From assembly GCF_000196355.1 (NCBI RefSeq), contig NC_007614.1, positions 1,530,001 to 1,562,000 on the forward strand: a stretch of DNA of 32,000 nucleotides, written 5' to 3'. The position numbers and the translations under genes were made by a program. Source of the DNA: Nitrosospira multiformis ATCC 25196 (GTDB lineage Bacteria > Pseudomonadota > Gammaproteobacteria > Burkholderiales > Nitrosomonadaceae). This document shows, piece by piece, positions 18,163 to 26,467 of this stretch. Numbering within the stretch: position 1 is the stretch's first letter; the number at the start of each line of letters is the position of its first letter. Below the pieces are notes generated by a model. That model saw only the letters and a program-made list of their open reading frames with translations. It did no database searches and was not told where the DNA came from.

Positions 18163-18191
18163 ATTATACCCGTGATTATTACCTTTCCCAA
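18163..18191 (-). promoter_or_regulatory. Sigma70-like promoter TTGGGA-N17-TATAAT reading leftward toward the aminotransferase
   Basis: The minus strand has a -35 TTGGGA (18191-18186), a 17-nt spacer and a -10 TATAAT (18168-18163). The -35 overlaps the first codons of uvrB. Confidence 0.4.
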
Positions 18192-20259
18192 TAGCCCTTA
18201 TAAGCTCAACCAGTTATTTCAGCCCGCAGGCGATCAGTCTTCAGCGATCGAAAAACTGGTGGAGGGAATAGAGGACGGGCTGGCATTCCAGACACTGCTG
18301 GGAGTGACGGGCTCCGGCAAGACCTTTACGATGGCCAATGTCATTGCGCGGCTCGGACGTCCCGCGATTATCATGGCGCCAAACAAGACCCTCGCGGCGC
18401 AGTTGTATGCGGAAATGCGGGAGTTTTTCCCGGAAAATGCCGTCGAGTACTTTGTATCGTATTACGACTATTATCAGCCGGAAGCATATGTCCCGTCACG
18501 GGACCTTTTTATCGAGAAAGATTCCGCAATCAACGAGCATATCGAGCAGATGCGCCTGTCTGCCACCAAGGCACTGCTCGAGCGGGACGATGCCATCATC
18601 GTCGCCACGGTGTCGTGCATTTATGGAATAGGCGATCCCGTGGACTATCACGGAATGATCCTCCATCTGCGGGAGCATGAAAAGATCACCCAAAGGCAGG
18701 CAATACAGCGTCTGACAGAAATGCAATACGAGCGTAACGAATTCGAGTTCAGCCGAGGAACCTTCCGGGTGAGGGGAGATGTGCTCGACATCTTTCCCGC
18801 GGAAAGCTCGGAAACCGCCGTGCGTGTTTCCCTGTTTGATGACGAGGTGGAAAGCATGACATTGTTCGATCCTCTTACCGGTCGCACCTCGAGAAAGGTA
18901 TCGCGCTATACCGTTTATCCTTCCAGCCATTACGTGACGCCAAGGAGCACCACTTTGCGCGCCATCGAGACAATCAAGACCGAGTTGAGGGAACGCATGG
19001 ATTTTTTCCACCAGCACAACAAGCTGGTAGAGTTGCAACGCATCGAACAACGCACTCGTTTCGATCTGGAAATGCTCAACGAACTGGGTTTCTGCAAAGG
19101 CATCGAGAACTATTCGCGTCATTTGTCAGGAAAAAAACCGGGAGAACCGCCGCCCACCTTGATGGATTACCTGCCGCCCCGAACGCTGATGGTGATCGAT
19201 GAGAGTCACGTAACGGTTCCGCAAGTCGGAGGAATGTACAAGGGTGATCGGGCCCGCAAGGAAAATCTTGTCGATTATGGGTTTCGCCTGCCTTCAGCGC
19301 TGGATAACCGTCCCCTCCGGTTCGATGAATTCAGGAAAATCATGCCGCAAACGGTGTTTGTGTCTGCGACACCGGCGGAATTCGAAAAGATACACAGTGG
19401 TCAGGTTGTCGAGCAGGTGGTGCGGCCCACAGGTCTCGTAGATCCGCAGATCGAAGTCAGACCGGCGAGCACTCAGGTGGACGATCTGATGTCGGAAGTA
19501 AGGCTGCGTACCGCAAAGGATGAGCGGGTGCTGGTAACGACGCTCACCAAACGCATGGCGGAGGATCTGACGGATTATTTTGCCGACCACGGCATCAGAG
19601 TGCGGTATCTGCATTCCGATATCGATACGGTGGAAAGGGTGGAGATTGTGCGTGACCTGAGACTGGGAAAATTCGATGTGCTGGTCGGCATCAATCTGTT
19701 GCGTGAGGGGCTGGATATGCCGGAGGTATCGCTGGTAGCCATACTGGATGCGGACAAGGAGGGCTTTCTTCGCTCAGAGCGTTCATTGATACAGACCATC
19801 GGCCGCGCGGCGCGCCACATCAATGGCACTGCACTTCTTTATGCGGACAGGATTACAGAATCCATGCGGCTGGCAATGGATGAGACCGAGCGACGGCGCA
19901 ACAAGCAGATCCTGTTCAATCAGGAGCATGGGATTACGCCGCGAAGCGTGCATAAGCGCGTCAAGGACCTGATTGACGGTGTTTACAGCATGGAAACAGC
20001 CCAGCAGCAGCTTAAGGCAGCGCAAACGCAGGCGCGGTACGAAGCCATGAGCGAGACGCAGCTCGCAAAAGAAATCAAGTCACTGGAAAAACAGATGCAC
20101 GAGGCAGCAAAAAATCTCGAATTCGAGAAGGCTGCGGAGTATCGGGATGAATTAAAAAAATTAAAAAACAAGCTCTTTGTCGGATTTGTGGAGCCCCAGG
20201 ATGAGAAAGGAACGGGAGCGGCGAAATCCCGGGGGAAGGTGCCAAGAGCGGTGAGATAG
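18172..20259 (+). CDS. uvrB: Excinuclease ABC subunit B (UvrB)
   Basis: 695 aa. N-terminal [33 protein letters not shown], helicase motifs, and a C-terminal UVR domain [17 protein letters not shown]. Confidence 0.97.
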   Translation: MIITFPNSPYKLNQLFQPAGDQSSAIEKLVEGIEDGLAFQTLLGVTGSGKTFTMANVIARLGRPAIIMAPNKTLAAQLYAEMREFFPENAVEYFVSYYDYYQPEAYVPSRDLFIEKDSAINEHIEQMRLSATKALLERDDAIIVATVSCIYGIGDPVDYHGMILHLREHEKITQRQAIQRLTEMQYERNEFEFSRGTFRVRGDVLDIFPAESSETAVRVSLFDDEVESMTLFDPLTGRTSRKVSRYTVYPSSHYVTPRSTTLRAIETIKTELRERMDFFHQHNKLVELQRIEQRTRFDLEMLNELGFCKGIENYSRHLSGKKPGEPPPTLMDYLPPRTLMVIDESHVTVPQVGGMYKGDRARKENLVDYGFRLPSALDNRPLRFDEFRKIMPQTVFVSATPAEFEKIHSGQVVEQVVRPTGLVDPQIEVRPASTQVDDLMSEVRLRTAKDERVLVTTLTKRMAEDLTDYFADHGIRVRYLHSDIDTVERVEIVRDLRLGKFDVLVGINLLREGLDMPEVSLVAILDADKEGFLRSERSLIQTIGRAARHINGTALLYADRITESMRLAMDETERRRNKQILFNQEHGITPRSVHKRVKDLIDGVYSMETAQQQLKAAQTQARYEAMSETQLAKEIKSLEKQMHEAAKNLEFEKAAEYRDELKKLKNKLFVGFVEPQDEKGTGAAKSRGKVPRAVR

Positions 20260-20300
20260 CGACGGATTAAAGCCGGGAAGCGTCAACATGCTTTTCTGCG

Positions 20301-20648
20301 CTAATTGATCACCGTGGCCGAGTTCGCAAAAATAATTTCCTTGAAGGTACGATTATGAGTCTTGCTGTTGAAATTTTTCATGACGAGACTTTGATCGAAA
20401 CGTACCCGGTCACCCACTTTAACCCGCATCGTTGGCGCCGCAATCCAGAAACGTTTCTCGGTATTCGCCAACTCCATATAGGTATAGCCCGGGGCATCCA
20501 GTGTGGAAAGAACCTTGCCTTCATTGGCTGGCATTCCTGTCGCTGCGCCGGTTGCCGGCGTACTCGTCCCAGCCTCCGCAAGGGCGGGCAGAGGGCTGAA
20601 AAATAGGATGCCAATAAAAAAAGTTGTCGCAAGATAAGTTGTCTTCAA
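20301..20648 (-). CDS. Small secreted hypothetical protein
   Basis: The best start is TTG 20648 (GAGGAG 7 nt upstream), which gives signal peptide MKTTYLATTFFIGILFFSPLPALA/EAG. The ORF-track start at 20681 lies on the predicted -10 box. I do not recognise the family with confidence. Confidence 0.6.
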   Translation of the reverse strand: MKTTYLATTFFIGILFFSPLPALAEAGTSTPATGAATGMPANEGKVLSTLDAPGYTYMELANTEKRFWIAAPTMRVKVGDRVRFDQSLVMKNFNSKTHNRTFKEIIFANSATVIN

Positions 20649-20680
20649 AACGACTCTCCTCAGTAAATAACAGCCGCGCA

Positions 20681-20709
20681 ATAATACACCCCAATCTCCC
20701 CGGTTCCAA
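20681..20709 (-). promoter_or_regulatory. Sigma70-like promoter TTGGAA-N17-TATTAT for the 20648 gene
   Basis: The minus strand has a -35 TTGGAA (20709-20704), a 17-nt spacer and a -10 TATTAT (20686-20681), about 30 nt upstream of TTG 20648. Confidence 0.45.
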
Positions 20710-20765
20710 CGGAAAGTTTTCCCCGAAAAGCGGGTGCAGACTTTTGGGTTTTTCAGAAATGTGCT

Positions 20766-21269
20766 TCAGCGCGTTCCTGTCCAGGGATCTGCGGGTGCAT
20801 CATCGCGATGGCGGCTGCCCGTTGCAGGATCATTTCGGGGATCGAAAAGAAAAAGGGAGGGTGTCGAGCCATCCAGTACTGTGGGAGTGCCGGGAACAGG
20901 CCGCTGCATTACCGTAATTCCAGGCGCCACAGGATCTGAGGATAATGATCCTGCTACGGCTCGATCCTGCTGGGGCAGCATGTTGCCGGCGCTCATTCCC
21001 CCATGATCGTATTTGCGGGCACAGATAGCGGCGCCTTCCACTATGCTTCGTCCCGCTTTCTGCTCCGAAGCCTCACACGAAAGTCTTTGATATTCAGGCA
21101 TGTATTCCGAGGCTTCCTTGTAGCGACCTGCTTTCATCAGTTCTCTTACATGAAGCTGCGCGTCGCGGAATTTACTTTGAGGATCGGGCTGTTGAAATGT
21201 CAGTGGCACATCCTCCGCGAGAGCCCCTGTAATCCACACCATGGAGATAGCCACAACGATGAGTCGCAT
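20766..21269 (-). CDS. Secreted hypothetical protein (167 aa)
   Basis: Strong SD (AAAGGAG) 6 nt upstream of the ATG. Signal peptide MRLIVVAISMVWITGALA/ED. Pro/Asp-rich C-terminal tail. No family recognised. Confidence 0.55.
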   Translation of the reverse strand: MRLIVVAISMVWITGALAEDVPLTFQQPDPQSKFRDAQLHVRELMKAGRYKEASEYMPEYQRLSCEASEQKAGRSIVEGAAICARKYDHGGMSAGNMLPQQDRAVAGSLSSDPVAPGITVMQRPVPGTPTVLDGSTPSLFLFDPRNDPATGSRHRDDAPADPWTGTR

Positions 21270-21289
21270 ATCAGCTCCTTTCAGTGAAT

Positions 21290-21324
21290 GGAATTTTTGA
21301 GGGATAACGGAATTTCTGAGGGAT
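21290..21324. promoter_or_regulatory. Tandem direct repeat GGAATTT(T/C)TGAGGGAT x2 (19-nt period) between a TATAAT box and the SD of the 21269 gene
   Basis: Copies at 21290-21305 and 21309-21324 match at 15 of 16 positions. On the coding (minus) strand the order is TATAAT (21328-21323), repeat, repeat, AAAGGAG, ATG. Confidence 0.5.
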
Positions 21325-21485
21325 TATAGAATGATGATTTCAGAAAAAAAACCCGCTGCAATTTAATATTTGCTTTCCCATTCATCACGCCGCAGCGCTT
21401 CTTTCTCTTTTACAGGCAAGTGCGCCACGAGCATCCGGGCTAAGCATGAGAGGAGGGATATCAGGAAGGACTGGAAAATGAGGAT

Positions 21486-21529
21486 ACAAAAAAGAGACCC
21501 GGTAAGGAGTAGTTGGCCTTTACCGGGTC
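21486..21529 (-). terminator. Rho-independent terminator (minus strand)
   Basis: Minus strand reads GACCCGGTAAAGG-CCAACTACT-CCTTACCGGGTC (12 bp with one bulged A), followed by TCTTTTTTGT. It lies 65 nt downstream of the stop at 21594. Confidence 0.65.
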
Positions 21530-21593
21530 AGTGGCATCCACTACAAGAGGGAGAAAAAAGCGGATGCCTGAGTGTCATTTTCCCTTAGTCTGA

Positions 21594-21917
21594 CTATGGT
21601 TTCTGTGCGCAGGCGCACATAAATGAATTTTCTTGCTTCGGCATTCGCTCATAGGCGGATGCGATTATATCCGGCGTACGGTTTTGCTGTTCGAGGGGCA
21701 AAATACTGCACTCACAATAAGGCTGTCCAGCTCGTACTATTGATTGCGTAATGCTGACAGTTTCTAGGCGGCGGAAAACGATGGCAATCACGATCATTTC
21801 TATTTTCCTGATTTTGCATATAATGTATATTATGTTAAATTCAATATATGGTTGGGAAACTGAATGATGCGTGGACGAACATGCCCACCTCAAGCCAGCA
21901 GCCACAATCCCCACCAT
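21594..21917 (-). CDS. Small Cys-rich hypothetical ORF (probable real start ATG 21797, 67 aa)
   Basis: The C-terminal part contains YCECS...FMCACAQ (CxC...CxC). A terminator follows it. An AT-rich promoter-like stretch (TTGAAT-N16-TATATG on the minus strand, about 21810-21840) lies inside the longer ORF version. Coding status is uncertain. Confidence 0.35.
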   Translation of the reverse strand: MVGIVAAGLRWACSSTHHSVSQPYIEFNIIYIICKIRKIEMIVIAIVFRRLETVSITQSIVRAGQPYCECSILPLEQQNRTPDIIASAYERMPKQENSFMCACAQKP

Positions 21918-21942
21918 GATATTTTTCCCATCTTATTATCCA

Positions 21943-22365
21943 TCACGCCATCCCCAAATCACCCAAAATCTGCGCAGAATACAACCGGGTCTCCAACGGC
22001 TCTGGTTTTTCTCCGCGCAGCCACTTGGCCAGGTTCCCTTCACCCCAGTTATAGGCTTTGAGCGCGAGTTCCCACGTACCAAATTTCTTATAGAGCCTGA
22101 CCAGAAACTGTCCCGCATAATCGATGGCTTCCGCCGGGTTAAGGGGGTCTACGCCAGGATGCCAGCGCGTCATGATTTGCATTATTCCCATTGCCCCGGC
22201 ACTCGATACTGTACGCCCGGAAACAATGTCCTCCCGAAAGCGCGACTCCTGCCACGCCAGGCGCGCCAGCATGCCGGACGGTATTCCGTAACGCTTTTCG
22301 GCTGCTTCAAGCAGTGGCTTATACTTGGCGCCGCGTCCGTTCAAATCATCGACCCAATTTTCCAT
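21943..22365 (-). CDS. Soluble lytic transglycosylase (SLT domain) protein without signal peptide
   Basis: 140 aa. Catalytic ES motif AWQESRF, plus SSAGAMGIMQIM and AYNWG. No hydrophobic N-terminus. Confidence 0.85.
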   Translation of the reverse strand: MENWVDDLNGRGAKYKPLLEAAEKRYGIPSGMLARLAWQESRFREDIVSGRTVSSAGAMGIMQIMTRWHPGVDPLNPAEAIDYAGQFLVRLYKKFGTWELALKAYNWGEGNLAKWLRGEKPEPLETRLYSAQILGDLGMA

Positions 22366-22655
22366 ACATACCCCGAAATCGTTGGCAGCCTATCGTCAGC
22401 CGTATCAAAGATGCTACCTCCTTGCAAACTGCCGCTAGTTGCCATTATCCAGATTGACAAGAAGTACTCGGACAGATCTCAGGAAGTGTAGCTTGTTTGG
22501 CATGATGGCATGATTTTCCATACTTCCCATGCCGGGTATTCATGCCTGCGCTTCCTCGCCCGCTTCCTTTTCCCCAGCGGTAACAAGGCACTTTAGACAC
22601 CGTGGCGCCGTGCAGAAGACACGGCACGGTGGCGGGATGGATGCTGAACGGAGGG

Positions 22656-22859
22656 TTATTCCTTCTTTATTTCTGTTCCCGCCAGGATTGGCCATTTGGC
22701 AAACGCAAGAATCCATAGAAGAATCAAGATGCCCCCAGGGATCAAGGCAATCCAGGATAATGCCGGCTTGAACCCTGCTCTTCCGAAGATTCTCCAGAAT
22801 GGAACGACGAAAAAGAGTGTGGATACTATCAACCACTGCAAAATCGCAAATTCACTCAT
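22656..22859 (-). CDS. Small two-TM membrane protein (DUF5684-like pattern)
   Basis: ATG 22859 with GGGAGG 4 nt upstream. FWRIFGRAGFKPALSWIALIPGG resembles the W+IF.KAG.P....IP motif of DUF5684-type proteins (memory-based). Charged C-terminal tail TEIKKE. Confidence 0.6.
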   Translation of the reverse strand: MSEFAILQWLIVSTLFFVVPFWRIFGRAGFKPALSWIALIPGGILILLWILAFAKWPILAGTEIKKE

Positions 22860-22953
22860 CTTACCTCCCAATACTCAATATGATTCTTGCGGCTTCAACC
22901 ACAAGAACCCTTTCATTATTTTTCAATTTTACTTGCCGCGATAATCTGATGGA

Positions 22954-22970
22954 GGTTTTTTCAAAAAACC
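22954..22970. promoter_or_regulatory. Perfect 17-bp palindrome GGTTTTTT-C-AAAAAACC in a divergent intergenic region
   Basis: Read directly. It lies between the minus-strand membrane-protein gene and the plus-strand GT2 gene. Confidence 0.3.
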
Positions 22971-23064
22971 TTGTTTCCACTGCCTGTCACCCCTGTGCGT
23001 AGCATAACGTCTTATGTTCACCTAGCGTCGATATCTGGTTTCCCCTGCCTATTTTCCGCGATAA

Positions 23065-23829
23065 TTGTGGTTTCAGTCACAACAAATGAGATCGAGTCCG
23101 CTCATGCATCTTTCGATAATCATCCCCGCTTTTAACGAAGAGCTTCTGATTGAAGCGTGTCTTGAATCTGTTCATGCATCGCTCGCGGCGAATGCAAGGC
23201 ATGGCCTTACCTCGGAAATAATTGTAGTCGACAACAATTCCACGGATAACACGGCTGAGCTTGCGAGGCAAGCCGGTGCACAGGTTGTTTTCGAGCCGGT
23301 TAACCAGATCGGCCGGGCGCGAAATACCGGAGCTGCCGTGGCCACGGGGGACTGGCTATTATTTGTGGATGCCGACAGTATTTTGAACCCCGGATTACTT
23401 GCCGATATTCTGCGGTTGATAGAGCAAGGCCGAATTGTAGGTTGCGGGAGTGCCATCAAAATGCAGGACCTGCCGTGGTGGGCCAGTGGGGTATTGCAAC
23501 TTTGGACTGCAACATCCGTCCTCTTTCGCTGGGCGGCGGGCGCACTTGTCGTCAGCCGCGCCGATGCATTCCGGGATGTTGGCGGCTTCGACCAGGAACT
23601 TTATGCCGCTGATGAAATAACTCTGAGCGAAAAGCTGAAAAAATGGGGACGGATGCGCGGTCTGCAATTCCCGATCCTGACGAAACATCCGCTGGAATCC
23701 TCGCCGCGGAAGGTGCAGCTCTACTCTGCGGGAGAGATTTTTGGCCAGATTGCGCGCGTCCTGCTGAGCCCTCGTCGCTCTCTGCAAGACAAAAAGCACC
23801 TGTCAGTCTGGTACGATGGGCGGCGCTGA
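23065..23829 (+). CDS. Family-2 glycosyltransferase
   Basis: LSIIIPAFNEE, VVDNNSTDNT and DxD-like FVDAD. The start is ambiguous (TTG 23065, ATG 23086 or ATG 23104). Confidence 0.85.
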   Translation: MWFQSQQMRSSPLMHLSIIIPAFNEELLIEACLESVHASLAANARHGLTSEIIVVDNNSTDNTAELARQAGAQVVFEPVNQIGRARNTGAAVATGDWLLFVDADSILNPGLLADILRLIEQGRIVGCGSAIKMQDLPWWASGVLQLWTATSVLFRWAAGALVVSRADAFRDVGGFDQELYAADEITLSEKLKKWGRMRGLQFPILTKHPLESSPRKVQLYSAGEIFGQIARVLLSPRRSLQDKKHLSVWYDGRR

Positions 23830-23906
23830 CTTGTCACGGGCAATAACACCAAATGCGTGAGCCAGGCGGTTAAGTTGAGCAGTCATGGACAAACGAGGAG
23901 AGATTT

Positions 23907-24395
23907 ATGAAGGTTGAACCCCGGAAGGAACATCAGTGGTTTCAGAAACTCGTGGGTGAATGGACCTTTGAGGTGGAGGCAATGATGGGCCCCGACAAGC
24001 CACCGGAGAAATTCAGCGGCTCGGAAAGCGTGCGCTCGATAGGCGATGTCTGGATACAGTGCGAAGGCCACGGCAGCATGTGCGATACGGGTGCTGCAAC
24101 AACCCTGATGACCCTCGGTTACGACCCGCAAAAAAAGCAATATGTGGGAACATGGGTCGGATCGATGATGACCCATCTTTGGATCTACCAAGGATCACTT
24201 GATGAAGAAGAGAAGATTCTGACACTGAATACGGAGGGCCCAAGCTTTTCAGCTGAAGGAAAACTGGGAAAATTCAGGGATGTGATCGAGATCAAAAGCG
24301 ATGATCACAGGGTATTGACTTCGCACATGCTGGGTGACGACGGCACCTGGCATCAATTCATGACGGCAAACTATCGGCGGAAACAGCAGGAATAG
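23907..24395 (+). CDS. DUF1579-family protein
   Basis: 162 aa. GAGGAGAG SD. EHQWFQKLVGEWTFEVEAMMGPD...MTLGYDP.KKQYVGTWVGSMMTHLWIYQGSLD...DDGTWHQFMTANYRR matches my memory of DUF1579. Confidence 0.75.
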   Translation: MKVEPRKEHQWFQKLVGEWTFEVEAMMGPDKPPEKFSGSESVRSIGDVWIQCEGHGSMCDTGAATTLMTLGYDPQKKQYVGTWVGSMMTHLWIYQGSLDEEEKILTLNTEGPSFSAEGKLGKFRDVIEIKSDDHRVLTSHMLGDDGTWHQFMTANYRRKQQE

Positions 24396-24863
24396 CTGTC
24401 ATTGCCATTTTACGCGTAAACAAGCGTGACCGAAGTTGCCTTGCGGGTGAGTTCTTCGTCTGCCTGGGGTTTTTTCTCGCGATTTTCTCCGTCATGGGCC
24501 ATGGGAGTTTCTGGCGCCACGACGCAGGCAAAGCGTTGTTACACTGCGAGTTAGTCAATTAACCATCACCAAAGCAAAATTGGTTTGTTGTTGATTATTG
24601 TTTTACCGTCACTATTCAATGGTTCGAGAATTTTAAAACATCAAATAAGCTGCAAGATCTTCTACTTCAAAAGTGAACTTCTCGCTGCGCAGAAACCTTC
24701 ATAATCGTCGTTAAGTCCAAATCCAAAGCCTCTTTATCGACGAAATGGCTTTCTAAAACCTCATGGCCATGATCTCCAAGATGCGAAAGAATATTTTGGA
24801 AGTAAATTGATGGAGCTTTGTCAGATAAATGACATTAAATATGAATTTTGCTGAAACTGACCA

Positions 24864-26345
24864 ATGTCGAACGAACATCCTGTTCTTGAACAAGCTGCTC
24901 CGGAAATTTATCGCGCTGTAATTCTCGGTGCTGGCGTTTCGGGCCTCTGCATGGGCAGGGCTTTGCGTAAAGCCGGCATCACCTCATTTCTCATTATCGA
25001 GAAATCCGCGGGAATTTGAGGCACGTGGTGGGACAATACCTATCCCGGAGCCGAGTGTGATGTCCGTTCTCACCTTTATTCGTACTCCTTCGACCTCAAC
25101 CCCGACTGGTCTCAGGCCTATGCTCCACAACCTGAAATCCGGAAATATCTGGTGCGATTTGCCACGAAGTTCGATCTCCTGTCTCACATCAGGCTCAATG
25201 CAGCACTGACGAGCGCACGCTTTGATGCTGAACAGGGGTTATGGCTGCTACGGCTTGAAAACGGGGAGCAACTGAAGGCAAGCTTCTTCATCTGCAGCGC
25301 GGGACCGCTGAGCGAGCCGCGCTATCCCGATATCCCGGGTATGGATACCTATGAAGGGCGTCTTTTTCATTCTGCGCGGTGGGATCACGATTACCCCCTC
25401 AATGGAAAACGGGTGGCGGTCATCGGCACCGCGGCGAGCGCGGTACAGATCATTCCCCATATTGCTCCCCTTGCTGCAAGGCTTTACGTCTGCCAGCGTT
25501 CCCCCAACTGGATCATACCCAGGCTGAATCATGTTTATGCGCCATGGGAGAAAGCCCTGTTTCGGTTAAAGCCCATTGCCAAAACCAACCGTTTTCTGCT
25601 CTACTGGCTTCATGAAATGAACCGTCTTTCCTTTAATCCCGGCGGTTTCATGGCAAGGATCGGGCGTGAACTTGCAGAATGGCATCTCAGGCGGCAGGTG
25701 ATCGACCCGCGCCTGCGGGGAGCGTTGCGTCCCGGCTATCCCCTCGGCTGCAAGCGTGTCCTGCTTTCCAACGATTACTACCCTACCCTCATGCGCCCCA
25801 ATGTGGAGCTGATCGATACGCCTATCGACCGAATCGATCCCGGCGGTATCGTCACCCGGGACGGGCAGAAACGCGAAGTGGATGTGATTATTTGTGCAAC
25901 CGGCTTCAATGTAAAACGCATGCTCTCGGTAGAGATACGGGGTTTGCAGGGCTATCGCCTGAATGAGGCGTGGGCGCGCGAGCCCAAGGCTTATCAGGGA
26001 GTCACCGTGGCCAGCTTCCCCAACCTTTTCATACTCCTAGGGCCGAACACGGGGCAAGGACACACCTCCGCGATCCTTTTTATAGAAGCCCAGGTGAACT
26101 ATGCGTTGAAATGCATTCAGGAGATTGCCAGGCAGCAGAAGCGCTTTCTTTCAGTGAAACCGGAAGCCATGAACCGGTATAACGAGGAATTGCAAAAGAC
26201 GTTATCGACATCGGTATGGGCTGCAGGATGCCGGAGCTGGTACAAGACAGAATCCGGGAAAATCATCGGAATTTATCCCGGATTCTCTTTTCAGTACGCA
26301 AAGCAGCTTCGGGAACCGCGATTCGAGGATTATGTCATGTGTTAG
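24864..26345 (+). pseudogene. Baeyer-Villiger-type flavin monooxygenase interrupted by a single in-frame TGA (25017-25019)
   Basis: From ATG 24864: [69 protein letters not shown]... This is the same frame as ORF 25152..26345. Features are the FAD fold GAGVSG, the BVMO fingerprint YEGRLFHSARWD and a second Rossmann motif VAVIGTAASAVQ. The stop replaces the first Gly of the conserved GGTW. Confidence 0.8.
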
Positions 26346-26467
26346 GCCTTGCGGAACTGGCCGCACCTAGACAGGCCAACGTCGTATATGCCGATCATGA
26401 AGAGGCTGTCTCCGTGACTCAGTGCCAACAGAAGGAGATGCGCGCTTTCGCTCCTTGGACAAGGATG

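Noticed and set aside
21343-21361. GCAGCGGG followed by T8 on the minus strand as a second terminator upstream of the 167-aa gene
   Set aside because: The only complementary partner (CGCTGC) lies 34 nt upstream, giving a 6-bp stem with an oversized loop. More likely this is an A/T tract belonging to the promoter region.
21871-22491. A 206-aa + strand ORF
   Set aside because: It is antisense to the SLT-domain gene, which has the ES, GIMQ and YNWG motifs. The translation is featureless.
22936-23065. CCGCGATAAT copies as possible sigma28 -10 boxes (GCCGATAA-like)
   Set aside because: Only 6 of 8 positions match, and there is no TAAA -35 at the required 15-nt distance. They are reported only as a duplicated 10-mer.
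24358-24558. A 66-aa basic minus-strand ORF overlapping the DUF1579 gene's 3' end
   Set aside because: No SD, an Arg/Lys/Ser-rich low-complexity translation, and overlap with a well-supported gene.
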